DNA of 64,000 bases from Nemertoderma westbladi (GCA_032718475.1 JAUCBJ010008173.1:15334-79333); one strand, 5' to 3'. Shown: positions 13,988 through 29,212, numbered from the stretch's first letter. Notes: generated by a model not told the origin, from the sequence alone. Program-made: numbers and translations.

Positions 13988-14340
13988 GTAGTACTCTCCA
14001 TAAGTGTTTGTACGAAAATGAAAGAGTTTGCATGCTGGTACCGGTACTTTAATACTGTACTAACCTATGGCTATCAATGCATTTACATCAATGTAAATAC
14101 GTTGATGCCCGTTCAAATAAACAAACAACGTAAATATAAGATAATATATCTATTATATACGGTAATATCTATTCTAATATATATTATAATATATCAACAA
14201 ACTAAGCCGTTAATTAGGGTCTGATATTTCAAGCTTCGAATAAAAATAGTTATTTATTTTCGGCTTGATAATGTTGATTTTTGTATAATAATATTATTAT
14301 ATTGCAGTGCGCGAAGCTTTCTTATAATATTAATTTCAAA

Positions 14341-14751
14341 ATGACGGCAGAAATGAACCCAAGTGTTTTCGATGATTTCGATCGACTAATAAAGTTTCAA
14401 CGGCCAAACAAATCGACGACGGAGACGATGCCGGTACAACGTAAACCGTTCGCGGAACCGGCGAAGAGCGGAAACGCGGCGGGATTGCGGAAGAAACGGA
14501 TAGACAGACGGACAGCCGCGCGTCACAAAACCCAACCAATCACATTCGAGGAGATTAACGAGGTGGACGAAGCCACCAATGTGGCCGGTAACAACATGTT
14601 TAACATCGCGACCGCGGTTTCCGCTACCACAAACGCAGTCGAAACTCCGATTCCGACCAACTACCTCCAAGTCCGAAGAGAATCCCGAACTAAATCCCTA
14701 GAAAGATTCGACGAGAAAAACATTATCGAAAAGGGAGAAAGTGGTACCTAG
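14341..14751 (+). CDS. Single-exon 136-aa protein with a C11orf96/DUF4695-like motif
   Basis: ATG in context CAAAATG; GC-rich coding island in AT-rich flanks. RHKTQPITFEEINEVDE resembles the RFKTQPVTFDEIQEVEE motif I recall from C11orf96. Confidence 0.7.
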   Translation: MTAEMNPSVFDDFDRLIKFQRPNKSTTETMPVQRKPFAEPAKSGNAAGLRKKRIDRRTAARHKTQPITFEEINEVDEATNVAGNNMFNIATAVSATTNAVETPIPTNYLQVRRESRTKSLERFDEKNIIEKGESGT

Positions 14752-15224
14752 TTGCCTTGGTAACTACAGTCTCAGACTACCGTTTATATAGACTATAATA
14801 CATATAATATGCGCACTGATCGACTGATGCATATGTTCTGAGAGTTCAGATTAAATAATGTCCCCAAATATGCTGATGATCTGTATATATTAGTGACTAC
14901 TAGATATGACTGCTAGTGACTCGTTTGTGGGTTTTTTTTGCGAAATATCAAGTTGTGCATCCCAATTATATTTATAATATTATTGTTAAAAATAATGTCA
15001 ACGTAACAACGTTCTTTCTGGTTAAATCCTCATTGTTGATAAATGTAGTCATCAGATAGTGTTACATTTGTAAAACTACCTTCTTGGTATAAAACTAGGA
15101 GTCTACTTTGTGGTTGTTGGTAATGGACGGTTTACATTGTTTTGATACTCGTGACTTTATTCCAAACGTTCTGCCATTCAGATCATCGAACTATAAAGAT
15201 CAACTTTAAATTTCTTACCAAAAT

Positions 15225-15300
15225 GTTGTCCAGGTGGATAGATCGTTGGTCCTCCAACCGGAAGTTCATGAGTTCGAGCCCCAGTAAAGGAACAGCTCAC
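15225..15300 (+). mobile_element. tRNA-derived SINE head (fragment)
   Basis: TTGTCCAGGTGGATAG (A box-like) and GAGTTCGAGCCCC (B box); same family as the minus-strand SINE at 23420-23755. Confidence 0.6.
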
Positions 15301-16098
15301 TTTTCGTTTATCTTATTTTATTTAATAAAATGAATTAAATTGGGGAATAAAATGAATTAGTCGAGTAGAAAACAGGTTGGGGTGGAAATTTGGTGCAGCT
15401 GGGATTTTTATACAGTTTCTAGTCAATTCGAGAGTGCGGATTCCGAATCCGGTGAGTATTTTGTTCTAGAAGCATTTATATTCTAGAATAAGACTTTTGA
15501 TGGGATACCATTGCTTTGTTTGATGTAATAGATTTATTTAAATATAATTGACTATTAGTATACATCAGATATAATTTGTTTTACAAAAAAGTGCTTTTTT
15601 GAAAATTATTTTGAAAAAACCTGCAAATACGTATACGAAACAATAATCCTGCTCTAATTTTTTCCTGTAATCAACCATGCCTATTCCAGAAAAAGGTTTA
15701 AACTTAAAAAAAAAAACATACCGAAGGAGTAGTAGCATTTCAAGTCAAAAATATAAATTTTGGCTCTGGCCGCTAAGCGTCGCCAAAAAAAACTTTTTTT
15801 TTAACATTTCAATATAGTCAACAAATGAAATTAACAATATGTTACAGAAAAATGTGTTTATGAAAGGTAGACAGACAGACAGACTACAGTTTGCAAAACA
15901 ACAAAACTGACATCGGAAAGGAAATCAGCCACTTCGAAGACTTTGAAAATTGTATCTTGGTCGTGTGTTTATTATATGTTTGTTGACAGGCATACCAACA
16001 AACAGATAAACCTACAGACAGCCAGTTATGAAGCTTACAAGAGAAGAGACACGTTCAGTACAACAACCACCACCAAAATCACAGTTAATTCCGAGACT

Positions 16099-16520
16099 CT
16101 AAAACTTAGGCGATATAATGAAGGAATCGGCGGTGCTTTCGGAGATCAATTTATTCCAAATCAAAGAGACAAAATCACCTGGATTCGTATTAGTCTTGTG
16201 TGCGTAGTTGGTGGATGAAGTGAACACCCAGCCAAGATGGGTGCGACAGGTCGGGCATACGCAAATAATCCAACCCAACGGAGGGAACCACGAATGTTGG
16301 AAAGACGCAGTTCGACTAATCGGGACAACATTGGCGTCTGAGACGGTAACGAGATTAAACTCAACCATAGCGGGGTTCCTGTACCGGTTGATGTGTATCG
16401 GTACACCATCCACCGTCTCGTTCCAATGTTTCAGACTTTGGTCGCTTTTCTCTCGGGTTACATACCGTAGTTGGGTGATCTCACGCCCACACTCCCTACA
16501 CAATACGTAACCACCGCCAT
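16099..16520 (-). CDS. Terminal exon of a standalone cereblon-like CULT (thalidomide-binding, Yippee/Mis18-fold) protein
   Basis: Zn pairs CREC and CPTC; NP motif (RNPAM); HSWFPPLGW (cf. cereblon HSWFPGYAW); HLGWVF. Minus-strand acceptor tttctctccccag precedes 16520 (phase 1). Upstream exon(s) not resolved. Confidence 0.88.
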
Positions 16521-16934
16521 CTGGGGAGAGAAATACCGAAACAATGATCGATCATTGTGCGAAATTATTTGTACCAAATATGATATCGTAGTCTTAAATT
16601 AATCTGATTTAGGAAAAGAAAATTAATATGAAAAATTAAAATACCACATTGGTTCCATACTTAAGAGACCTTAAAAGACTTAAAAGACTGCATTGGAAAA
16701 TCGATGATAATAACAGCTGTTACTAACAGAAGCTGCTGAACTGTGTGCTTATTGATTATCGCTAGTTCTTTTGATTCTTTTGATTTGATCACCTTTTAAT
16801 TGCTAAATTCAATACTATATTTTAATTTTTATGCTTATATAAATGGTATATTTATAATATTTTATTAAAATACTTTATTAATGTTACTCCGATGCGCAAT
16901 TAATGTTATTGTTTTTATAAGTATTAATTAAGTA

Positions 16935-17062
16935 CCAGTTAAATAACTGGGAGCAAATCTTGGGATAGGAGTAGCGCCCACCCCTACCCTCAGGTAGCAG
17001 CTATCGAAAGAGGAGCCTTCGGGTCGCCTCCGGCTTCGGCCTACTGTTTGCTTGCTTGCTTG
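16935..17062 (+). other. Compact structured element with a (GCTT)n tail, probably a retroposon 3' end
   Basis: Hairpins CCAGTT-aaat-AACTGG, CTACC-ctca-GGTAG, GCC-TTCG-GGT and GGC-TTCG-GCC, followed by ttgcttgcttgcttg. Confidence 0.5.
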
Positions 17063-17538
17063 AAATATCATTAAAAAAATTGGTTCGTTAGCTACGAGGG
17101 CTGCGGTTCACATAAATAATTGTTGACAAGATGGAAAGTTGCAAATTTGAGCGCCTGTATGCAAGACCGCGTTGGACTCTGATGTTAAGACTATCTTTAA
17201 AATTGGTATTTGTTTGGTTGCCATGGTATTACTAATAAGGATCACTTGACCGACCCACCGCTGGCTGCAACAGCCCTTGTCCTAATCATCAGTCACAAAC
17301 TTTGTTTCGTACATGGCGTGGGTTAGATATGAAAAATACAATCATGTTAATCAATAATAACAATATGACTTCATTTAACTTATAATGCAAAATATCACAA
17401 TGATCAATTTCATTAAGTTATAAATATTAATGAATAGCACGAACATTAAGATACGGTTCTAGAACACTAGGAGCACAAATACTACATGAATTACATAGTA
17501 GTCCAGAAATTACTTATTCTAGAGCAGCCTGTTATACA

Positions 17539-17828
17539 TAACATTTTACAAAAGCACAAAATTGCCTATGATGAAGCGCAAACGTTGGGTGAACTTGAAA
17601 ACCATTGGCTCAAAGAAAAATATTTTTTGGTGATAATCTAAATTGATAAATACGTAACGTTGTAGCGCGATTTTAACGAGTAACTGACTAGGACTTCAAA
17701 CCTTGGAAGGACAGAAGGGTAGAAGGAACCCTTAATATGCGAATTTTTCGGGGAGCCGGTACATTTCAAATTCACCAAACTTTTGCGCTTCATCATAGCA
17801 ATATTCATGCTTATGTAAAAAAATGTTA
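17539..17828. mobile_element. Foldback MITE (~290 bp)
   Basis: TAACATTTTACAAAAGCA...CTATGATGAAGCGCAAA...GGTGAACTTGAAA has an imperfect reverse complement at 17764-17828. Confidence 0.7.
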
Positions 17829-19157
17829 CATGTTGGCCATTATTAAAGCATAACAGATTCCGCTATTGTAACATGCTGTTGTTACAAATATGATGTGGTG
17901 CCCCGTCTGTCTGTCGTCTTAAATCAACAATAATTATATTATATTTTATTAAATACACATTAAACATCTACATTGTATTTGGGAGGGCGGGGGGGGGGGG
18001 GGGCGCTAATCCCGTATCGTCGAATGTCTCAATGTTAAATTATCAATTAAGGCAAAGGAACAGGGTACAGTGGCGAGTGGCACGTTATTATAACCAAAAC
18101 AATAAGCAAAAGATAATAAAACGGGTTACATTAGCTGATATTTGCGTCAATTTTCCTCTGGAGGGGAGGGGGATGCTTTTGGTTGCGTCGATCAACCACG
18201 GTTATGTACTCCACACAGCCCCGGTGGACCAAAATATTAAATAAACATTAAGTCTACCTAATTAAATGGCAATTAATGTAGGTACCGCGGTACCTGGCAG
18301 GTACCTACCGGTACCGGTATTATAATAAATAAACAAAATATAAACTTTCAATTTGATTGTCGATTACAAACACGCGTTTATAATAACAGAACAAGTTAGA
18401 GTCACTAAAACAATTACATCGATCATGGCCTTCTAAAAATGTAAAAACATTCACATTATCACGAAATATATATGTCTGCCTATTTTATGTATCATTATTT
18501 CATTACCAGTAATAATAATATTCACTCAGTCAAAAAAATAGCCCAATAATATAAGAAACAAGTAGAACACTTAATTAATATTATAATACGGTATTATATA
18601 AGTTTTACAATAATTTCCTAATCTAGATGCGAAGATGTAAAGAGACAAGAAATCGGCAAATTTTATATAGAAATATACGTAACACATTTAAAAATACATT
18701 GCAGTTATACAATTATTAAATAAATAATTTTACACGCCCTTATCATAACTCGCCGTTATCAGGTAGAAAAATCTAAGAAGCATTTTGAAAAAATAAAAAA
18801 AGACAATAATAAATAAGATGATAATTATTAAACAATTATTTACTAACGAAGACGATGTTTAGACGTCAGCAGCCTAAATATAACAACATAACCAACATCT
18901 ACACTAATATTCATTATATTTAATAATTATTCGAATACTTTTGGTTGTAAATCAATCGTCAAAGAAAATAACTACCAGATTCGGTGTCCCTGAAAATTTA
19001 CTAAAATTCTTGATATTAAATTAATCGATGGACAATAATTGCATTTCCATAACAACCGCTTCCTTATTGTTATTGTAAGTGAAATGTATTTGAACAATTC
19101 CCGTGAATTCACTGTTCCCAGACGATAATAAAGGGCCGCATTACCTATCGGTATTGC

Positions 19158-19728
19158 GATCGATAGGTCCTACTGGAGGAACCAATGAGACCGAGGCACC
19201 GCGGCCCTGGGAGGATCGATAGGTCCTACTGGAGGAACCAATGAGACCGAGGCACCGCGGCCCTGGGAGGATCGATAGGTCCTACTGGAGGAACCAATGA
19301 GACCGAGGCACCGCGGCCCTGGGAGGATCGATAGGTCCTACTGGAGGAACCAATGAGACCGAGGCACCGCGGCCCTGGGAGGATCGATAGGTCCTACTGG
19401 AGGAACCAATGAGACCGAGGCACCGCGGCCCTGGGAGGATCGATAGGTCCTACTGGAGGAACCAATGCGACCGTGGCACCGCGCCCCTGGGAGGATCGTG
19501 AGACCGAGGCACCGCGGCCCTGGGAGGATCGTGAGACCGAGGCACCACGGCCCTGGGAGGATCGTGAGACCGAGGCACCACGGCCCTGGGAGGATCGTGA
19601 GACCGAGGCACCACGGCCCTGGGAGGATCGTGAGACCGAGGCACCACGGCCCTGGGAGGATCGTGAGACCGAGGCACCACGGCCCTGGGAGGATCGTGAG
19701 ACCGAGGCACCACGGCCCTGGGAGGATC
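19158..19728. repeat. GC-rich minisatellite: 6 x 56 bp followed by ~7 x 33 bp
   Basis: GATCGATAGG recurs at 19158, 19214, 19270, 19326, 19382 and 19438. The unit then becomes GATCGTGAGACCGAGGCACCACGGCCCTGGGAG. Confidence 0.95.
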
Positions 19729-20301
19729 GCGACATGTTTTGTTTAAACTTAAATTGGTTGGGTGATATTTGAGTTTTTCTGACCGCTTAACATTAACAGA
19801 TATAGTTGGGGATGTGGTGGGGGGGGATTTTACGGAGGCAAGAAATTAAAAGATAAACAATCGAGAATTCGAAGCTGCGTTCGATATTACAGAAAATAAT
19901 TCTAAGAAATAGTTTTTGACATCATTAATATTAACTAGGCCTAACGAAAATGAAGACAAGATGACATTGCCGAACAAATAATGATAAATACTCGACATCA
20001 TAGCACCAACGAAAAACACGTCAGAATCCATCGTAATTCTTATTGAGCGCACTGTGGAGGGCGGGGGGGATTCCTAGAATCTAAAACATGGCTTGGTAGC
20101 GATAATCTGAGACCAAATTTATCATATTGAACATTCAAACTGCTTTACGCTTTTCATTTGTTTGTTTAACATTCAGCTATGGAATGCACTAATACTGCGG
20201 GAGACAGGAACAAGAAAAATCGAGACATGAAAACAAAACGAAAAAACAAAAACCAATTAATTTAAACTGTAGAGATTTGGGAGCCGCACTAAAGTAAAAT
20301 G

Positions 20302-22467
<2,166 letters not shown>

Positions 22468-22929
22468 TTAAGTTTAAGTCATTATAATATAACTAGTCAA
22501 TCCAAATACAATACAAAATAATAATTATGCAACAACTGCATTAGAGATGATAGCGGTACTGATACATCTGTATAATTGACCTGCGGAATCAATATATATT
22601 ATTATATATTTCGCAAACAACCGTAACAAATTAATGTTCTAGTTGAACAATAAACTCAACAAAATAATATGATATATATATATATAAGTAAGCCTACCTA
22701 TAATACAGAAACAAACAAACAAATCAAATTATAAACAAGTCAAATTATATATAAACAATTTATAAACAACCCAACTTTGCAATCAGCCAGACTCTTAAAT
22801 ACAAAGCAACATAGTATTAGTATATTTGCACCATTTCAGTTGATCCATCAAACGGCGATTAAACAGTACACATGAAAGCGAGAGTGAATGTACTGTAATT
22901 TAAAGTAATGTACAGTACTATATAGCAAT

Positions 22930-23230
22930 AAATAAATTACATAGCACTAAATAAATTACACGAACCGCCCTGAATTGACGTGTGTATTAAATAGATCAAA
23001 TTCCTATTGCCTCTTCTCTTAATTTATTTGCGTACAGAATAAATTTTCCTAAGTTCAGTAATTTCACCTGTGATTTGGTAGTAACAAGTTCGTGTAATTT
23101 GTTTACTCCAGGATTAAACGAAAAATAAACCCCTAAATATTTTCTCCTTATTTCTTTAAGACGGATACAAACCAGTAGGAAATGATATTCATCTTCCACG
23201 TCATTATTGTTACAGAGACGGCAGAGTCTA
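22930..23230 (-). mobile_element. 3' fragment of a non-LTR retrotransposon
   Basis: LCRLCNNDVEDEYHFLLVC is the C-terminal CCHC motif of LINE ORF2 proteins; a stop and an AT-rich tail follow. Confidence 0.7.
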
Positions 23231-23419
23231 CAGAGTCTTGACGGCAGAGTCTTGCTACAGCAACCGAAGTAAATAAGTTAAGTCAAGTCGAAAAAAATAA
23301 TAAATATCAAGCTCTCAGCTTTAATATTTTTTCTATCTGCAAATACTTCTTAGATAATTGCTGATTTGTTTACATAAAACTGGATGCAATGCAAATTTCA
23401 CTGTAAAAATAACTCGTAT

Positions 23420-23755
23420 AACTGTTACATAATTACGGTAGAAATGATGGGTGAAACGCAAACCACCAGAGGTAACCCGAAGGCTCATCTCTCTCTCTCG
23501 GCTGTTTCCTATAAGACGGTCAGGGCGCCACACTAACTCCTGAGTACAAATACTCTCAATCTCAATATTCATCCATTTTCTTTAGACCTACTCCCCCAGC
23601 ATATGCCAAGTTTCCATTATATAGCTGGGTGGGCTGAAGCTAGTTCCTTAGTGCTAACAGCTTAACGAAAACTGGACTGTTCCTTTTGCTGTTTTGTGGG
23701 GCTCGAACTCACGACCTTCAGGTTGGAAAACTGATGATCTAACCACCTGGACAAC
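23420..23755 (-). mobile_element. tRNA-derived SINE
   Basis: Minus-strand head GTTGTCCAGGTGGTTAG...GGTCGTGAGTTCGAGCCCCAC (A and B boxes), then a core-like CAGCCCACCCAGCTA. The 3' boundary is approximate. Confidence 0.7.
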
Positions 23756-26151
23756 GTGAACAAATAAGCAGAGCTGAGTCAGCTTATTGGGGCTTACAGG
23801 CTTAGGTCAGTTTAGCTGACTGACTGACTGACCTGTATACATAATCTTGTAACACGTTAATAAGCACAGGGGGTAATATCACATTTGAGGCACAGTGGTA
23901 AGACATTTTTTGGTCGATTACCCTATACCCGTGGAGAACCACTTATACTTTTTTTCAAACTTTGATGATTCCCCTATGCCCATGCTGCCATGGCGAACCA
24001 CTTATACTTTTTTCAAAAGTTTGTTGATTCAGCTACGTCCATAGCAAACCACTCCTTTTCAAAGTTTGTTGATTCCTCTATGCCCTTATTAAGAAATCTA
24101 ATTATTTGAAAGTTTATTTATTAACTGCAAATTGATTTATTATTGTACAAAATGCCACAATTCCAAAAAATATGCACTGTAATATAATAATTGTTTAATA
24201 ATAATTTGAGGTTGACTTAAAAAAAACGTACTAAAAAATGATCGATTAATTAAAAATTACTTAGTAGGCCTTATAAATTACATAATTAACTAAAAAAACT
24301 ATCATTAAAAATTTATTTATTAGGCCCTATTGATTACATGAATAATAGTTACCGATACCGACTTAGTATAAAGTTACACAACAAATTACTGTAAAGTAAT
24401 TCACAACATAATTATATTGTAAGTTTGAAGTTATATTATTTAAAAATATATCATCAAAAATATTCATCATCAGTGCGGGCAGAGAGATTGCCGCTTCCGC
24501 ATCTGGTGCGTGTGCATCTCCCTCCATGAGTTCGACGTAGAGACGAGACTTCCTCGAAGATAACTTCATTGCCATCGAGCAACGACAACCTGACGTTGGG
24601 GGTGTTTCCGGACCGAGACTGTGTCTGAACCACCACTGAAAGACGGCTGCAGATGACGTCCACCAAATCTCTGCTAATCGTAAATCGTCAAGGCACTTAA
24701 ACTGGCAATTGTAGGCCTACCGACGGCCCGTCGGCACAATTGAAAATCGCCATTTTGAAATATTATTTTACTATTAGTTGATTGCATACTTATTGACGTA
24801 CAGCGCAGTCAGTAACAAAGTAGTTTGCCTAATCATAATGAACATACTGTATTACGTTCCATACCCTGCTGCCCTTGGCAGGCAGGCAGGGATTAGGGAA
24901 TTATATATTCTTTCTATAATGATATAATAATTAATAGTATCAGACTGTCAGAAGGTATATAACTCATTGGGTATTGAAATTTGTCAATAATATGTTTAAA
25001 TTATTTACATTTGTTTGTTACACATAAAATATCTGACAAGTGGGTGGTGAAAAAAACAGCTTTTTATTGTGTCTAAAACATTTAAATACTTAATGTGTGC
25101 TGGTTATGAGAGCAACCTCATAAGCAGACCTTGGTTCTAAAGTATTTAATCTGAAAATTAATTTTGAAAATTGAACTTTTATATTGAATAATATATACTG
25201 AAGAAGGCATGGGTGGGATCTGAAACTTGTCATGCATGTTTCCCTTATCCATGTTACTACTCATGATTCATTTCAGGCACCCATCTTTTATCAGACACTT
25301 GCAGTGATGTTCCGAAGTATGGCAATTTTGGAAAGTTTCAATTTTCCAGATGATGGTATGGAAGTCTGACTTGCTGGTGGTACATGAAAATTGTACCACA
25401 GAACCCCCATTTGGTATATCTAACTATTTACTAAATGTTTTGCGCTACCCACTAATCTGACCACTCTAACTCAAGCCTCAAAAAGACAACATTTGTCGAA
25501 AAGTCCAATCTTTGGCCACATAGAAAAGTTGGTCTGACAAGTGGGTGGTATTTATTCATGGTTTTAATGTGTATGAGACCTATTTATGTGTACAATAAAT
25601 ATAAAATGACACTCCACCCACTAGTCAGAAAGATTTTCTGTAGGTTTCCTTGGGGATATGTTCGAATAAATCGCAAACTTTGAACTGCAATATCTCGAAA
25701 ACCAATACACCATCATCAGAAATATATCATCAGGTGTCATTTTATACCATTCTGCCATTTCCGACCATATATCCAAAAATAAACGAAATCGATGACCCCA
25801 TGCCACGCGCCACGGCGATTTGTCGAATTTGGATAGAATTACCCCTCTGTAACCTGCTCCTTTCAGCCTTTAAATAAAAGTAACCTGCATAATCTTGTAA
25901 CATGTGTTAACTTTCGTTTATAGTTTTGGTTCCCCCAAAACGCCTCTGTAACCTGTTCCTTTCAGCCTTTAAATCTGTAAATGGCAATGTTACATACATT
26001 CGAGCTTAGTAATTTGTAGATCGAATGTAACATAGTTATAGGATCCAATGTAACATAATTGCGGTTATGTTCGATACGTAATAACTGATAACTATGTTAC
26101 ATTCGATCCTGATTACGTTCGGTCATGTATCCGTCAGTCCGTTAGGCTATC

Positions 26152-26682
26152 CCCATTCTGCTAAGTAGGGCATGTACGCCGAACGCGTTCGGCGCACAAT
26201 TTTTTCCAGAATTTGGAGCAGGCGCAGAAAATTGAGAGCGCAGCGCAGCGCCGCGCAGCGCGCAGGCGCAGAAAATTTAGAGCGCGGCGCGGCGCGGTAC
26301 TGCTGTACTGGCTGACTGGATTAGGTAAGAATGGAAGACGAATCGGATTCGGTACCGGTAGATTCGGAGATAAGTTATGGTGGATCCACAGTTTGTGATG
26401 ACTTCCATGAAGAGAGTTCGCCACTTGGCGAGTGGCAGGCGGGTAGGTGCAGGTGGTACGGTACTACCGGTACAGAGGTAGGAGGGGTAGGAGATTTCGC
26501 ACAGTCTGACAGTATTTCTGCTGTGCGCGCCAATCTCGCGCAGAATTTCTGCTGCGCGCGCCAATCTCGCGCAGTTTTTCTGCTGCGCACGCGGATTTTG
26601 CACTGTTTTCGACTGCGCAGGCGCACATTTTTTTCTGCGCCGCGTCGCGTTCGGCGCACAAAAAAGTCACTTAGCATACGGG
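26152..26682. mobile_element. MITE with a 7-8 bp TSD (hAT/P-like) and GCGCA-rich subterminal repeats
   Basis: Ends CCCATTCTGCTAAGT and ACTTAGCATACGGG; GGCTATC(C) at 26145 and 26683. Confidence 0.7.
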
Positions 26683-27002
26683 GGCTATCCGGCGCACTTT
26701 TTGGATGGATTCCATACAAATACCGGCAGGCCGGCACAGGGCTGGGGCCTATGTTTATGTATTATTACCAAGGTGAGATTATTACTGTTGCTCTTGAACT
26801 ACTGAACTAGGCCTACTCTGTCAGTCTGTACTCTACTGTACTGCTGTAGCCTACAGTCCTACTGCAGTACTGTAGGCCTACTATGTAGCAGACTATTGCA
26901 GTACCGGTATTGTACGGTAGGCACGGCACAGTAGGCCTATCAGCCTAGGCCTATTAAATACAGACTGAAAAGGGCCTACCTACTCAATTACCAAGGTGTG
27001 AT

Positions 27003-27143
27003 GGGTCAGCCTAAACACCCAACTACACCCAACTTTCACCCAACTACTTGGGTGTAGTGGGGTGGAACTGTGTGGGTGTAGTTGGCTGAAAGTTGGGTGT
27101 AGTTGGGTGAAAGTTGGGTGTAGTTGGGTGTTTAGGCTGACCG
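27003..27143. mobile_element. 141-bp hairpin MITE with an 8-bp TSD
   Basis: GGTCAGCCTAAACACCCAACTACACCCAACTTTCA...TGAAAGTTGGGTGTAGTTGGGTGTTTAGGCTGACC. TSD GGTGTGAT at 26995-27002 and 27144-27151. An empty site is present in the duplicate at ~26772. Confidence 0.88.
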
Positions 27144-28407
27144 GGTGTGATTATTACTGTTGCTCTTGAACTACTGAACTAGGCCTACTCTACTGTCTGA
27201 CTGTACTGCTGTAGCCTACAGTCCTACTGCAGTACTGTAGGCCTACTACAGTACTATGTAGCAGACTATTGCAGTACCGGTATTATACGGTAGGCACAGT
27301 AGGCCTATCAGCCTAGGCCTATTAAATACAGACTGAATAGGGCCTACCTACTCACTGCGTCACTGCAGTACACAGTAGGGCCTACTGTACTGAAATCGGA
27401 AATACAAAATGCTGAAATGCGAAAAAGGCCTAAAAGGTGGGTGCTACACTGGCAACTGGTAGGGGTAATTCCATCCAAATTCGACAAATCGCGGTGGCAT
27501 GGCTGCATGGTTCATCGATTTCGTTTATTTTTGGATATATGGTCGGAAATGGTATAAAATGACACCTGACAGCCTGATGAAATATTTCAGATTATGGTTT
27601 ATTGGTTTTCGAGATATTGCACTTCAAAGTTTGCGATTTATTCGAACATATCTGCATACTGGCATATCCCCAATCAGCCAATGAAACCTACAGAAAATCT
27701 TTCTGACTAGTGGGTGGAGTGTCATGTTCATGTTATGTTTCATTTTCCATGTACAGATGTATTTTCCACAATTTTCATGTACCACCAGCAAATCAGACTC
27801 CCATACCATCCAGGTTGGAATTTATGTAGAGTTTGCTCAACATGCAGTCGGGTACATGACATAAAATTAAATAAAGTCCAAATTTAAAAAAATTTATTTA
27901 AATTTGGATATATGAATTTAAATTTGGATGTAATTTCTTATCATCGTCGGGACGTGCTGAATTTCATTTGGAAATGCCTATAATTTATTTTGGAAGTAAA
28001 TAATGATATTTTAAAACTTTTCACCGTACGGTTTGAAAATTCACGGTAGGGTTTTATTCCTAGATTCCTTTCTATTTTTGCTGTATTCAAAATTAGATTT
28101 TTGATTTAAAATTAAAATTTAGATTTAAATTTGGACTTGCGATTTTGCCACACTGGTTAATCTATATTACTATATATGTCTGTATGTAGCCCGTTAAGAA
28201 GGATGTACTGCTATACTGTTGATGGTATGATGGATTATTACTGTTACTGACAGACTGAGTGGTTAGTGCTACTTTAGGCTTATTGTTATTGTTACTGGTA
28301 CAAACTACAAATACATTGTTACTGTGGTGAAAATGTATATGTTTCAAGACATTTGTCAATATAATCAACATTATTATCAGCAGCATTTCTTTCAGAATAT
28401 GCTTGGT

Positions 28408-28938
28408 CTATAAAAATACACAGAAGGAAATCCCGTGATCTAGCCTATCAAAAATTGGTCTCAATGACAAGTCAATTTCAGTACGAAAAGAAAACCATAA
28501 ATGTTCACAGCGCCAATTAAAAGGTGTATACTCATTATTCAATTGCAGTTTGAATTCTGGTCCCAGAGTTACTTGATACCGATTGCAAGTAATGCTAAGA
28601 ATTGGTTTGTGACTCAGCCGCGTGCGATAGGTTTTCCCAATAACTTGGGAGTTATCGAAATGCTCCACAGTATCATCATCGATAACCTTTTGGGGCAGCT
28701 CTGCCAATTTATGTATAACATTTGTTATTTTAGCATAGCTTCCACTGGGACGGCCATGATTTAAGAGCTTCATACAGTTTTCATTTAGTTGTTCAATTGC
28801 AGGGTCTTCTCTCATGCTTTTACTAAAAAAGTAGCAAGACGTATCACAGCTTCTTTCTATTAATTCAAGGGCGATCGCACCCAACCTTTTTTCGATATTA
28901 CCACCAAGCTGCCAAGAGCACCAGCTAAAGCGACACAA
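28408..28938 (-). pseudogene. Possible transposase remnant inside the 27845-30154 element
   Basis: 176-codon open stretch containing EHFDNSQVIGKTY inside a TIR element; family not recognised with confidence. Confidence 0.4.
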
Positions 28939-29212
28939 TGTTCTTTTGATAAATTATCAGTCAATAGTTCTTTAAGAACAGTGTCAACAGAAAAATCGAG
29001 TGCATTCGTGTTCCAGTCATCAGTTTGGCAAGATACTGAGTGGTGAGCAACAGGGGTGGGTTTGAGTAGCTACATCAGTTACTGGTATTGTTATATATGT
29101 AGAAGTAGAGGGAGCATCAGCATCGGGTAAGGCGCTTAAGATAGTGCTTGGTTGCTCATCCATTGCTACTTCCAGACTTCAGACGGGTTTTCAAGTAAGT
29201 ATTCAACCTGAC

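Noticed and set aside
24363-24760. GC-richer patch with short minus-strand ORFs and an AAAATGGCG motif
   Set aside because: Could be a decayed transposase or a promoter, but I could not support any motif confidently.
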